DNA of 34,973 nt from Candidatus Nanoarchaeia archaeon (lineage in GTDB: Bacteria; Patescibacteriota; Microgenomatia; Woykebacterales; RBG-16-39-9b), in contig DASVHF010000071.1 of the NCBI GenBank assembly GCA_036382695.1, forward strand, positions 1 through 34,973, given 5' to 3'. Under the pieces are notes generated by a model that saw nothing but the letters and a program-made list of their open reading frames with translations, ran no database searches and was not told where the DNA came from. Shown piece by piece: positions 24,883 to 34,092 of this stretch. The translations under genes and the position numbers were made by a program. How positions within the stretch are numbered: position 1 is the stretch's first letter; the number at the start of each line of letters is the position of its first letter.

Positions 24883-25809
24883 TTATCTCACTTCTTCAAG
24901 CCAATCTTGGGCATCCATTGCGGCCATGCATCCGGTTCCTGCTGCCGTTACTGCTTGCTGGTATTGCCAATCGTGGGCATCACCGGCTGCAAAAACCCCA
25001 GGAACTGAAGTATTGGTTTTATCTTTTATAACGATGTAACCCTTCTCGTCTAGTTCAATTTTCCCCTTCAAGAAATCTGTATTCGGTTTGTGACCAATAG
25101 CAATGAACAATCCATCAAGTTTCATATCTTTAACTCGGCCGGTCTTTATGTCTTTTATTTTTACCCCTTCAACCTTGTCTTTCCCTAGCACTTCTTCAAC
25201 AACGCTGTTCCAAATGAATTTTATCTTGCTTTCTGCAAATACTCTTTCTTGCAAAGCTGGAAAGGCACGAAGACTGTCTCTTCTATGTATCACATTCACT
25301 TCTGAAGCAAATTTCGTCAAAAATAGAGCCTCGCGCATTGCTGAATCCCCTCCACCAACCACAACCACCTTTTTATCCCTGAAAAACGCGGCGTCACAAA
25401 CTGCGCAAGCTGACACGCCCCTGCCAATCAACTTTTGCTCACTTGGTAAACCCAACCACCTCGCGCTAGCTCCAGTAGCAATAATCAAAGTTTTGGCCAA
25501 AAAAGCTTCTGCGCTTACCGTAACCTTAAAAGGTTTGGATTTTAGTTCCACGTTTGTTGCGTCTCCGTCAATAAATTCGGTCCCAAGGCGCTCTGACTGC
25601 TTTCTTATTTTCATCATCAGTTCCGGACCCTGTACACCTTCTGGAAAACCGGGAAAATCTTCAACGTCAGTAGTCAGAGTAAGCTGTCCACCGGGTGTAG
25701 AACCAGCGACAACAAGAGTTTTCAATTTTGCACGAGAAGCATAAATGGCCGCAGTCAACCCTGCTGGACCGCTTCCGATGATTATTGTATCGTAGGTTTT
25801 TTGCGTCAT
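24883..25809 (-). CDS. trxB: thioredoxin-disulfide reductase
   Basis: GSGPAGLTAAIYASRA, redox-active CAVC, GGGDSAMREA and GVFAAGD. Confidence 0.93.
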   Translation of the reverse strand: MTQKTYDTIIIGSGPAGLTAAIYASRAKLKTLVVAGSTPGGQLTLTTDVEDFPGFPEGVQGPELMMKIRKQSERLGTEFIDGDATNVELKSKPFKVTVSAEAFLAKTLIIATGASARWLGLPSEQKLIGRGVSACAVCDAAFFRDKKVVVVGGGDSAMREALFLTKFASEVNVIHRRDSLRAFPALQERVFAESKIKFIWNSVVEEVLGKDKVEGVKIKDIKTGRVKDMKLDGLFIAIGHKPNTDFLKGKIELDEKGYIVIKDKTNTSVPGVFAAGDAHDWQYQQAVTAAGTGCMAAMDAQDWLEEVR

Positions 25810-25831
25810 AAAACTCCCCCGATAATTATTT

Positions 25832-26902
25832 TTACGCCAACTTCTTCAGCTGCTCTTTGAAATAATCAACATTGGGAATCGGGGACGGATCAATTTCGTT
25901 AGCCGCGGCAAGATAAAAACTAGTCCAAGAGGAAAAGACAAGTGCTTCAAAAGCTGCATCAACCTTGTTTTCTGCCTTAATTTTATATGAGATTGACTCG
26001 ATATCAGCTTTGGATAAAATCTCTTTAGTTATGTTTACTCGTAGTCCTATGTTCTTCTCGTATAAGAGGGTATCTAGAAAAACGAAACTTATTTTTTCTC
26101 CCAAGTCAGCTGGATTAGCTATTCCTTCCAAAAGATGGTGACTCATTTCTGACAAAAGAAAATAATCTGCAAAGGTTTTTGCGTTTTCGTTTATCTGATT
26201 AGCAAATATATGAGCATTTCCTGCTAGAAACGGCCCAGCAGTAATAATGGGAATTCTACCAACAAGCGCAAGAGCAGTCTTCTTTGCCTGATTTTCGTTT
26301 TTGGCAGTTTCAAGATCGAATGATTCACCTATTTCTTCTAAATGTTTTAACGCTTGTTCCATTTGCCGATCTGAAAATTTTGCGAAGCCTAACATGCTGA
26401 AAAGGCCCAAGACTCCACCAATCGAATAACCTAAACCCATTCGTGGCTGCCCGCTAGGATTGTATTCCGTATCGAATTGATAATAAGGCAAGCTTGCTTG
26501 TTTAAGATTCTCCTTTAAAGTTCCACCGGATGTAACTCCAATTATTTTTGCGCTTTTCTTCTTCGCATCCTTGAGAGAATTAATGGTTTCTTCTGTGGCA
26601 CCAGAATAACTCGAAACAACGACTAACGTTTTTTCACCCACGAAGGAAGGCAGAACACAATCGTTAACAATTTGTACTGGCAGGGAGATATCAAAGACAC
26701 TGCGAACAAAATGGGGACCGAGGGCACTTCCACCCATACCTGATACTACAATATTTTGCACATTTTTATAATCGGCTGGGACTTCTACTTTTCGCGATTC
26801 ATCCCAAGCAACTTTCAACTGCTTACCCAATGCCTGAAGAGAACCAATCATGTTGCCGCTGTCGCGGTTTTTTATTTTTTCTGTCTCGTCAAGGTTGATC
26901 AC
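25832..26902 (-). CDS. bifunctional phosphoglucose/phosphomannose isomerase (SIS-domain, archaeal-type PGI/PMI)
   Basis: SGMGGSALG and VVSSYSGATEET SIS motifs. Length and C-terminal region are typical of the PGI/PMI family. Confidence 0.75.
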   Translation of the reverse strand: MINLDETEKIKNRDSGNMIGSLQALGKQLKVAWDESRKVEVPADYKNVQNIVVSGMGGSALGPHFVRSVFDISLPVQIVNDCVLPSFVGEKTLVVVSSYSGATEETINSLKDAKKKSAKIIGVTSGGTLKENLKQASLPYYQFDTEYNPSGQPRMGLGYSIGGVLGLFSMLGFAKFSDRQMEQALKHLEEIGESFDLETAKNENQAKKTALALVGRIPIITAGPFLAGNAHIFANQINENAKTFADYFLLSEMSHHLLEGIANPADLGEKISFVFLDTLLYEKNIGLRVNITKEILSKADIESISYKIKAENKVDAAFEALVFSSWTSFYLAAANEIDPSPIPNVDYFKEQLKKLA

Positions 26903-26914
26903 AGTTGAGACTTC

Positions 26915-27166
26915 CTATGAAATACCAAGGGCTTCGTTTAACCTTCCTTTATCAAAACCCAAGATTTTTTCTTCTGTACCGTCTTCTTTTTGTATTATTG
27001 TAAATGGCACTCCCATCTGACCACTTTTTTCTAGCATTTCGCTAGCACCAGCTGGATCATTGTCAACATAATCGTTTTCATACTTAATTCCCTTCGAATC
27101 CAAATAGTCCCTCTCCATCTTGCAGTATGGGCAAGTCGTAGTACTGTAAATCTTAACCCTTACCAT
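26915..27166 (-). CDS. glutaredoxin-like protein (NrdH/YruB-type)
   Basis: KIYSTTTCPYCK active site and GVPFTII; 83 aa. Confidence 0.85.
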   Translation of the reverse strand: MVRVKIYSTTTCPYCKMERDYLDSKGIKYENDYVDNDPAGASEMLEKSGQMGVPFTIIQKEDGTEEKILGFDKGRLNEALGIS

Positions 27167-27282
27167 CTTTTATTCCTTTCGATACACTTCTGACCAATTC
27201 GCAAAACATCACGCAACCGCAAGGAGCGGGATATCTTGCAATGACAACATGCAGTTGTAGTGTAAATTTTAGTCTTGATCAT
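27160..27282 (-). pseudogene. 40-codon ORF derived from a partial tandem duplication of the glutaredoxin 5' end (RBS + start + CxxC region)
   Basis: MIKTKIYTTTACCHCK... parallels MVRVKIYSTTTCPYCK... Its own SD is GAAGGA. Its stop overlaps the grx start (ATGGTAA). Confidence 0.5.
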
Positions 27283-27368
27283 AATATTCCTTCTAAAAGA
27301 AGTTCTAATGGAGTTATTCTAATCAGAAAGTACCTAGATTACAATTAAAAAATTGCTTCAACAAGAAC

Positions 27369-27578
27369 TTATTGTTTATTTTTCAGGAAAAACCCAATCA
27401 GTCCGCCAACAACCCCACCTATAATCAAACCATAAATTGCTTTAATTGCTATTGATCCCCACAACATAGAAGTAGTTATTTCCGGAACTGGGTTTAACAA
27501 GCGGTAATAATCATTAAATGGAAAAACGATGGCTAAAACCACCCCTAAAATTAATGCGAACTTAATTGACTTAGACAT
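27369..27578 (-). CDS. small membrane protein (2 TM), hypothetical
   Basis: 69 aa with two hydrophobic helices and a Gly-rich second helix. Confidence 0.5.
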   Translation of the reverse strand: MSKSIKFALILGVVLAIVFPFNDYYRLLNPVPEITTSMLWGSIAIKAIYGLIIGGVVGGLIGFFLKNKQ

Positions 27579-27601
27579 TCCTACTCACTTCCTAGTTACA
27601 T

Positions 27602-28570
27602 TCATATTCTCACAAGATTTGGTGGTGTTTTACCTTCCAACGCAGCGATAATATTTTCAGCCGCAATTTTGCTCATCGCCATCCTTGCCTCACGTGTTGC
27701 GCTAGCGGTATGAGGAGTCAATACAACATTTGGCAAATCAGCAAGTCCCGGCGTAAGTTCTGGCTCCTTCTCAAAAACGTCCAATCCTGCGCCAGCAATT
27801 TTGTCCGACTTCAAAGCTTCAACAAGTGAAACCTCATCTATCACTGGTCCGCGTGAAGTATTTACCAAAATTGCGCTCTGTTTCATCGTACCAAACTCTT
27901 TCGCCCCAATTAGATGGTGCGTTTCTGGAAGTAACGGCACGTGAACAGTGACAAAATCGGAATCTTTGAGAAGCTCTGTTAGATTTCGATACTTTGCTGA
28001 AAATCTCATCTCAAACTCGGGATTTTTCTTTACATCATAGTAGAGAACTTCCATATTAAAACCACCATGGGCAATTTGAGCAACAAACGAGCCAATTCTT
28101 CCTAAACCAACGATGCCAATTGTCTTACCCCAAATTTGTGGCCCTAGAAAACCTTTTGGCTCCCATTGCTTGTATTTTCCCTCTCGAACAAATTTATCTG
28201 CCTCCACAATTCTCTTTGAGACTGACATCAGTAAGGCAAACGTGTGTTCAGCCACTGCCTCGGTTAGAACTCCAGGGGTATTTGAGACAGCAACTTTTCT
28301 TTCTGTTGCTGCTTTCACGTCTATATTGTCGTAACCAACTGCGTAATTTGCTACAATCTTTAAATTTGGCCCTGCAGCATCCAAAACCTCCCCATCGATT
28401 TTGTCCGTTAGCAAACAAAGGACCGCGTCGTAGCCTGTAATAGCTTTTTTCAGCTCGTCTTTTGAAAGAACTCTATCTTCAAGATTTACATCAACTTGAA
28501 GCCCTTTCTTTTTTAGCATCTCGATCCCTCCCTCAAGAATCGGACGTGTAACATAAACTTTTTTACTCAT
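27602..28570 (-). CDS. D-isomer-specific 2-hydroxyacid dehydrogenase (glyoxylate/hydroxypyruvate reductase-like)
   Basis: GIVGLGRIGSFVAQ, ...NTSRGPVIDE... and TPHTASAT. I prefer the ATG at 28570, which has the SD GGAGGT 6 nt upstream, over the track start at 28612. Confidence 0.88.
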   Translation of the reverse strand: MSKKVYVTRPILEGGIEMLKKKGLQVDVNLEDRVLSKDELKKAITGYDAVLCLLTDKIDGEVLDAAGPNLKIVANYAVGYDNIDVKAATERKVAVSNTPGVLTEAVAEHTFALLMSVSKRIVEADKFVREGKYKQWEPKGFLGPQIWGKTIGIVGLGRIGSFVAQIAHGGFNMEVLYYDVKKNPEFEMRFSAKYRNLTELLKDSDFVTVHVPLLPETHHLIGAKEFGTMKQSAILVNTSRGPVIDEVSLVEALKSDKIAGAGLDVFEKEPELTPGLADLPNVVLTPHTASATREARMAMSKIAAENIIAALEGKTPPNLVRI

Positions 28571-28591
28571 GGTTTTACCTCCATTTCTATA

Positions 28592-28665
28592 GTAACACGT
28601 AACAGGTAACAAGTTTCAAGTTAGAGTTGCCATATTACTTGTCACATGTCGCTTGTTACTTGTCA
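28592..28665. promoter_or_regulatory. cluster of GTAACA/TGTTAC-type repeats (operator-like) in the promoter/5' UTR of the dehydrogenase gene
   Basis: GTAACA occurs three times with 7-nt period (28592, 28599, 28606). The 10-mer TTACTTGTCA is repeated at 28635-28644 and 28656-28665, 21 bp apart. Confidence 0.4.
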
Positions 28666-28666
28666 T

Positions 28667-29929
28667 CTATATCTTTCGAATATCAAACCAACCGTTGAGA
28701 AGATTTTTTACTATCACATCTTCCATCTTCTCCACACCAAAATAATTAATAAAAATTTTATTCCAAAGCGCTTCATGGAAATGGTAGGTGTAGCGATCTT
28801 TAAGTTTTCGCTTATTCATCACACTCATTATGTTATCCATAAAGTTGAAATTGACTAGCTCTTCTTTACCCGTCCTCGTTGGAAACCAGACCGCCACATA
28901 ATTTGTATGCTCCCAAATCAAAAGGTGAAGAGCCGGTACAAATTTCGCCATTTTCAAAAGTGTTCTTGAAGCTCCACGATGATACAAAGCTTCGGGATTT
29001 ATATGCGGAATCCCTAGGCGCACATCATTTGGGTCTTCTTTAAAAAGATAACGTTGAATCACCAACCAAAGATTTGGCTGGCCCTTTGACAAAACTGCCG
29101 TTGGTACATCACCCCTTATTGCACTGACAATCTTCTCGCCAAAAAACTCATCTTCAGAATGATATTTTAAATAGTTCGAGTAAAGAGTCACCTCATCCAG
29201 GTAATGGCTGGTCATAGCAAAGAGATAAGTGGTCGATGCATCCTTAAGCTCTTCACTTGGAACAAGAAATATTAACCCCAGCTCTTTCAAATGACTCATT
29301 GGATGTAACTTCTTTCCGACAAAGGCCTCGGTGATTTTTTTCCATTTATTAATGTCAAGAACTCTTATTTCAATCGCCCTAACTTCGAAATCATCTTTTT
29401 TCAGCTCTCGATACGCTGCTATATAGGTAGAATTCAGCCATTCACGCTTCTCTATAAACCGCAGCGCTGCATAGATTTCGAATAAATCTTCTCTTTCTAT
29501 CATTTCCTCTACGTTTTTATAACCAAGCTCAGCCATTATCTTTTTTGGTGGATTCTCACGAAGGAGACTTTCGGCCACCTTTCTTTTTAGGAAAAAGCCT
29601 GTTCTATTTGTGTTTAAAGCCAAAACAGCAGAGATAAGATTTGCACAGCTCTCATTTGATATACATTGAGGTCTATCTAGTAGTTCGTAGATTTTTTTAT
29701 CAAGTTTCTTAACGTTTTTCCCGACTGTCTCATACACCTGCTCTGCAGTTGGGTAGGTAAGTTTTAGATCGCTAAGTATTTTTCTTACCTTCTCCTGATT
29801 CTCTGTGTAAAAATGTTCCAGGACCTTTTTTTTGTCTGTAATATGTTCAAGGGCATCAATTACCTCGCCGAAAATGTCTGGATCGGTATTTAATTGATGG
29901 GCGAAAAATTCAACTACCGTGCTTCTCAT
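28667..29929 (-). CDS. hypothetical protein (420 aa, no recognisable motif), last gene of the aldolase-kinase operon
   Basis: Long uninterrupted ORF. 4-nt overlap with the upstream PfkB kinase gene. Confidence 0.65.
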   Translation of the reverse strand: MRSTVVEFFAHQLNTDPDIFGEVIDALEHITDKKKVLEHFYTENQEKVRKILSDLKLTYPTAEQVYETVGKNVKKLDKKIYELLDRPQCISNESCANLISAVLALNTNRTGFFLKRKVAESLLRENPPKKIMAELGYKNVEEMIEREDLFEIYAALRFIEKREWLNSTYIAAYRELKKDDFEVRAIEIRVLDINKWKKITEAFVGKKLHPMSHLKELGLIFLVPSEELKDASTTYLFAMTSHYLDEVTLYSNYLKYHSEDEFFGEKIVSAIRGDVPTAVLSKGQPNLWLVIQRYLFKEDPNDVRLGIPHINPEALYHRGASRTLLKMAKFVPALHLLIWEHTNYVAVWFPTRTGKEELVNFNFMDNIMSVMNKRKLKDRYTYHFHEALWNKIFINYFGVEKMEDVIVKNLLNGWFDIRKI

Positions 29930-30909
29930 GTAATTTTCTTCTTCGTCACTCTAAGCTTTTCTTTGAATGGGTGCTCTCCGGAATGAATAATACCCTTCTT
30001 AGCCCCAAAATAGTTGACGACATTACTTGCATTATCGGCTGCCAGTTCCAGTGCTTCTTCGATACTTCCCGATTTAATTAACCCAGCAAGAAATCCGCTC
30101 GCAAAAGCGTCCCCCGCCCCTGTCCTCTCCACCGCGGGATTTCCATGGGTACCGATGTGATAAAAATAATTCTCGTCACATGCAGTTGCCCCACCCACCC
30201 CATCGGTAATAACTCCAACACCGCGGGCTAAGAGACACATCTTATGAACAACCTGCTCTTTTTGATCAAAGTCAATACCGGTAATATCAGCTGCTTCTTC
30301 CCGGTTCATAATCACCACGTCGGCTTTAGCAAAAATTGGCGCGAGTGCCCTGGCACCCTTTTCTAGCTCAGCCTTGCCAGGAATTACCGCTGTATCAATT
30401 TTATGGCCATCGGCCCAGACTACCAAGCTATTGAGAAGCTCCATATTTCCACCTAAACTACTGATGAAAAGCCACTTGGCCTCTAGTTTGTTTTTAGGAA
30501 CAAAATCACTTGTGAAATGGGCACTCGCTCCTCTGTAAACCAGAATCGTCCGCTCACCCTCATTGGTTGTCAAAATAATTGAGTAACCGGTGTAGTTTTC
30601 CTTGTCTTTGATGATTAGATCCGTGTTCACACCCTCATTTTGGAGAGATTCGACTATTACTTTTCCACCAGGATCTTCCCCAATACGGACAATACAAGAG
30701 GCCCGCAGCTTTTGCCTAGCAAAAGTCACTGCAGCGTTCGTGGCACCACCGCCAGTCTCAAAAATGATATCGTCAACGTTTATTTTGGACCCTAAAGGAA
30801 GAGCTAAATTAAGGTCTGTCGGGGACGACTTATCACGTTTTGCTTGGAACTGCTTTGAGAGTAAAAATACATCACGAGTAGCAGCACCAATTGTAATTAC
30901 ATCAAACAT
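29926..30909 (-). CDS. PfkB-family carbohydrate kinase
   Basis: GGGATNAAVTFA and TGAGDAFASGFLAG. Confidence 0.85.
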   Translation of the reverse strand: MFDVITIGAATRDVFLLSKQFQAKRDKSSPTDLNLALPLGSKINVDDIIFETGGGATNAAVTFARQKLRASCIVRIGEDPGGKVIVESLQNEGVNTDLIIKDKENYTGYSIILTTNEGERTILVYRGASAHFTSDFVPKNKLEAKWLFISSLGGNMELLNSLVVWADGHKIDTAVIPGKAELEKGARALAPIFAKADVVIMNREEAADITGIDFDQKEQVVHKMCLLARGVGVITDGVGGATACDENYFYHIGTHGNPAVERTGAGDAFASGFLAGLIKSGSIEEALELAADNASNVVNYFGAKKGIIHSGEHPFKEKLRVTKKKIT

Positions 30910-30936
30910 AGGTAGTTAACCTAATGATACAGCTTT

Positions 30937-31443
30937 TTAGATTAAATTTCTCTTCGTTTGATAAATGTTCTTGTAAAAAAAGAGTGTCGGCTTCCCACCC
31001 ACCCAAAGGGTAAACAGGTAAATGGCGGACAGTAAGAAACTGGCTGTTAAATAAACTAAAACTGTTTTGGTAAGCACCGAAGCTACCCCTATCATCACCA
31101 ACGAGTATAGGAAGTATAAACCTACAATACTCATTAAAATAATTCCAGCGAGAGAAGTAAAGGCTGAGATCTTTTTCATCAATCCCGAAGAAAAGAAAAA
31201 CAAACTTACACAGTTCAATAAGGTAGTAGCTAAAAAAGTAAGTAACGCGATTTGATAGATAAGAAGTGAAGACCCGTATGGAAATCCAAGGTACAGCTGG
31301 GCAGTTCGAATAAAAGTGGGCATTCGAATCACATCAAGGAAAGGTTTGGGAACGATGTGTAGCAAGATGATCGATCCAAAGCTAATCAAAAAAATTCCTA
31401 GATAGACCCATCTCAAAATCTTAACCGTATGTAAGCTACTCAT
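30937..31443 (-). CDS. polytopic membrane protein (about 5 TM), hypothetical
   Basis: Hydrophobic throughout. Sits between the aldolase and kinase genes. Confidence 0.55.
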   Translation of the reverse strand: MSSLHTVKILRWVYLGIFLISFGSIILLHIVPKPFLDVIRMPTFIRTAQLYLGFPYGSSLLIYQIALLTFLATTLLNCVSLFFFSSGLMKKISAFTSLAGIILMSIVGLYFLYSLVMIGVASVLTKTVLVYLTASFLLSAIYLFTLWVGGKPTLFFYKNIYQTKRNLI

Positions 31444-31451
31444 CTACATTT

Positions 31452-32318
31452 CTAGACTTTTCCAGCGCTACCAAAAGCATCAATTTTCTTGGCCACTACT
31501 TTTTCGACTGCGTCAAGCACCGGACCAAGGACCTTGTACATAGCGTACTCCCCCTCTTTTTCTTCCAGGACATCTTCCAGTGTATCCCTGTAAGCACGGC
31601 GCATCTCAGTGTTTATATTGACCTTCACGAATCCTCCAATTTTGATTGCTTTTTTAACTTCCCCTTCAGGAATCCCACTTCCACCGTGAATTGACAAGAA
31701 TGTGTTTGGCACGGCCTCACGTATTTTTTTGATTAGGTCAAAATCCAGTGGCGGCTGAGTGGGGAAAACTCCATGAATATTGCCAAAAAGAGTCGCCATG
31801 GTATCTACTCCTGTTGCTTCAACGAATTCTTTCACCTTTTCCGGTTTGGAAAAAGTTTGTCTAAGTTCTTCCATGCTGATTTGTTCCTTGTAAACTTCGG
31901 AGCTTTTCCTCGCCATTCGATCAATCTCTGCTTCAACTAAAAGGTTTTTTTTGTGTGCTTCGGATACAACCTTCTTCGCGATCTCTAGATTTTCTTCGTA
32001 GGGAAGCGCTGAACCGTCAAAGTGAATCAGGTCGTAACCAGCCTCAATGCCTTCCATACACTGATCAAGTGTCTCCGCGTGGTCCAAATTAACAAAAATT
32101 GGAATACTAAATTCCTCAGAATAATTTTTGGCAATATCCACCACATTTTCTGCCCCCATCCATTCTGTTTCACCGGGTGAAGATTCGATGATAATAGGGG
32201 ATTTCTTTTCTGCTGCAACAGTAACAATTGCTTTAAATGTCTCAAGGTTGGAGACGTTTAACGCTCCAATAGCAAAACCTTCTTTTTTTGCTTTTTGCAA
32301 CCACTCCTTAGCCGTCAT
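31452..32318 (-). CDS. fba: class II fructose-bisphosphate aldolase
   Basis: GALNV, NLDHAE, HFDGS and SIHGGSGIP metal/substrate motifs; 288 aa. Confidence 0.88.
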   Translation of the reverse strand: MTAKEWLQKAKKEGFAIGALNVSNLETFKAIVTVAAEKKSPIIIESSPGETEWMGAENVVDIAKNYSEEFSIPIFVNLDHAETLDQCMEGIEAGYDLIHFDGSALPYEENLEIAKKVVSEAHKKNLLVEAEIDRMARKSSEVYKEQISMEELRQTFSKPEKVKEFVEATGVDTMATLFGNIHGVFPTQPPLDFDLIKKIREAVPNTFLSIHGGSGIPEGEVKKAIKIGGFVKVNINTEMRRAYRDTLEDVLEEKEGEYAMYKVLGPVLDAVEKVVAKKIDAFGSAGKV

Positions 32319-32342
32319 AATTTGAGCATAACGAAAATTACA

Positions 32343-32843
32343 TCACGCGTCAGCGTGTTTTAAAACTAACTCCCCTCGTCCTCCAGAACCAAAACGCTCG
32401 TCATCTAGATAATATATCTTTTGGGGGGTGATTTTAAAGAGACGGTTCTTTATTGCCCCCGAAAACATTTGTTTTGCGCTAGGTATGTAATCTTTCAACC
32501 AAAAATATTTCTTCAAGAAAAGTGAATAAACCTTTGCCGCTTCTAACCTACTAACCATCTTACATTCACCCTCCAATTGAATGCCTTTAACCTTCCCAAT
32601 ACCACCAGTAATTTCATTTATTGTGGCAGCTATTTTAGGATTGCTTTGCAAATTTTGAACTTTTCGCGTGTTTTCATCCGATAAAAAATAAATGTTGAAA
32701 TCATCGTCATACGCATACATCACCGTCGAAGCCCACGGCCTATTTTCCCTAGACGTTGCAAGACTCATTCTTTTATTTTGGGAAAGATAATCTAAAATGC
32801 GCTTCTTAAATTCGTCCTTGGAGACTCTCATTTTTAGCTTCAA
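32343..32843 (-). CDS. pyridoxamine 5'-phosphate oxidase-family (FMN-binding split-barrel) protein
   Basis: MSLATSRENRPWASTVMYAYDDDFNIYFLSDENTRKVQNLQSNPKIAATI is the typical PNPOx-like fold pattern. Confidence 0.7.
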   Translation of the reverse strand: MKLKMRVSKDEFKKRILDYLSQNKRMSLATSRENRPWASTVMYAYDDDFNIYFLSDENTRKVQNLQSNPKIAATINEITGGIGKVKGIQLEGECKMVSRLEAAKVYSLFLKKYFWLKDYIPSAKQMFSGAIKNRLFKITPQKIYYLDDERFGSGGRGELVLKHADA

Positions 32844-32863
32844 GGGCGGGCCCTAAAGCCCGT

Positions 32864-33112
32864 TTATATTTGTGTTAATACAAAAACAATATATACAATA
32901 TATAAAAATGGTAAGGGTGCAAGTAACCAATACAGAATTTTAAGTATTTTGTGTGAGTTTCTAAAAATAAATAGTATAACTACAATAATCAGGAAGATAA
33001 AACTTATAAATGTAAAAGTTGAATCTCCACCGCTAAATCCAGCTCCGAAAAGTGCCAACCCAACCCCAAGAAGCGCCATTATTAACAAAATAATCTCAGC
33101 AATCTTGATCAT
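32864..33112 (-). CDS. small membrane protein (about 3 TM), hypothetical
   Basis: 82 aa, very hydrophobic. 4-nt overlap with the transketolase C-subunit gene. Confidence 0.5.
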   Translation of the reverse strand: MIKIAEIILLIMALLGVGLALFGAGFSGGDSTFTFISFIFLIIVVILFIFRNSHKILKILYWLLAPLPFLYIVYIVFVLTQI

Positions 33113-34092
33113 TTACTTTTCTTCTTTAAAACGTTCTTAACCGCTTCTTTGATCTCCTTAACGCTCATGCCGTATTTTTCGAGGAGTTCTTCGGGGGATC
33201 CAGATTCCCCAAAAGAGTCTGGCATGCCGATACGTTCCATTGGCACGGGGAAATTTTCAGCGAGAACTTCAGCTACTGCCCCGCCAAGACCGCCAATAAT
33301 TTGGTGCTCTTCCACAGTCACAACTGCACCGGTTTTTTTGGCGCTAGCTGCAATTGTAAGTTTGTCCATTGGTTTTATCGTGTGGTTGTTAATTACTTCG
33401 GCAAGAATTCCATCTTTCACCAGCTCTTTTGCCGCCACAAGCGATTGATAAACCAGCGGCCCACAAGCAACAATCGTCACATCGGTTCCATCTTTGAATA
33501 CTTCGGCCCTACCAACTTTAAATGGCGTATCTTTGGTTGTAATCACTGGAGTTTTTTCGCGAGCGAAACGAAAATAAAATGGCCCTACGTGCTCACCAGC
33601 AGCAATAGTTGCTTTTTTCGTTTCAATGGAGTCGCAAGGAACCTCTACGACAATATTGGGCAAACAACGCACCGTCGCGATATCTTCTAATCCTTGGTGG
33701 GTAGCACCATCTTGTCCAACACTAATTCCTGCATGGGCGCCGGCCACTTTTACATTCGCTTTTGTATAACAAACGCTGACTCGGAGCTGATCCCAACACC
33801 GCCCAGGAACGAAAACCGCATAGGAGGAAACGAAAGGAATTTTACCGGAAAGTGCAAGTCCTGCTGCAATACCCATCATATTTTGCTCAGCGATCCCGCA
33901 CTCGATAAAACGATCAGGAAATTTTTGGCCAAAGGTGTGAACACGAGTCGACTCAGCCAAATCGCCAGTTAGCACCACCACATTCGGATTTTTCTCACCC
34001 AAGGCAACTAAACCATCACCATAGCCAAATCTTGTTGGCACTTGTTCCACTTCCGGATCATAAAGTTTTGGATTTAGCGTACTCTGAGTCAT
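33109..34092 (-). CDS. transketolase, C-terminal (pyrimidine-binding) subunit
   Basis: FIECGIAEQNMMGIAAGLA, GATHQGLEDIA and a C-terminal domain; 327 aa. Confidence 0.92.
   Translation of the reverse strand: MTQSTLNPKLYDPEVEQVPTRFGYGDGLVALGEKNPNVVVLTGDLAESTRVHTFGQKFPDRFIECGIAEQNMMGIAAGLALSGKIPFVSSYAVFVPGRCWDQLRVSVCYTKANVKVAGAHAGISVGQDGATHQGLEDIATVRCLPNIVVEVPCDSIETKKATIAAGEHVGPFYFRFAREKTPVITTKDTPFKVGRAEVFKDGTDVTIVACGPLVYQSLVAAKELVKDGILAEVINNHTIKPMDKLTIAASAKKTGAVVTVEEHQIIGGLGGAVAEVLAENFPVPMERIGMPDSFGESGSPEELLEKYGMSVKEIKEAVKNVLKKKSK

Noticed and set aside
25103-25744. 213-aa plus-strand ORF.
   Set aside because: It is entirely antisense to the well-supported trxB gene. Its composition is low-complexity S/T/P-rich, typical of a shadow frame.
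32844-32863. GC-rich hairpin CGGGC-N6-GCCCG between the 82-aa membrane gene and the PNPOx-like gene, possibly a terminator.
   Set aside because: On the transcribed (minus) strand it is not followed by a U-tract. The T-rich run is on the non-coding strand. It may be an mRNA-stabilising or processing hairpin, but a terminator call is not supported.
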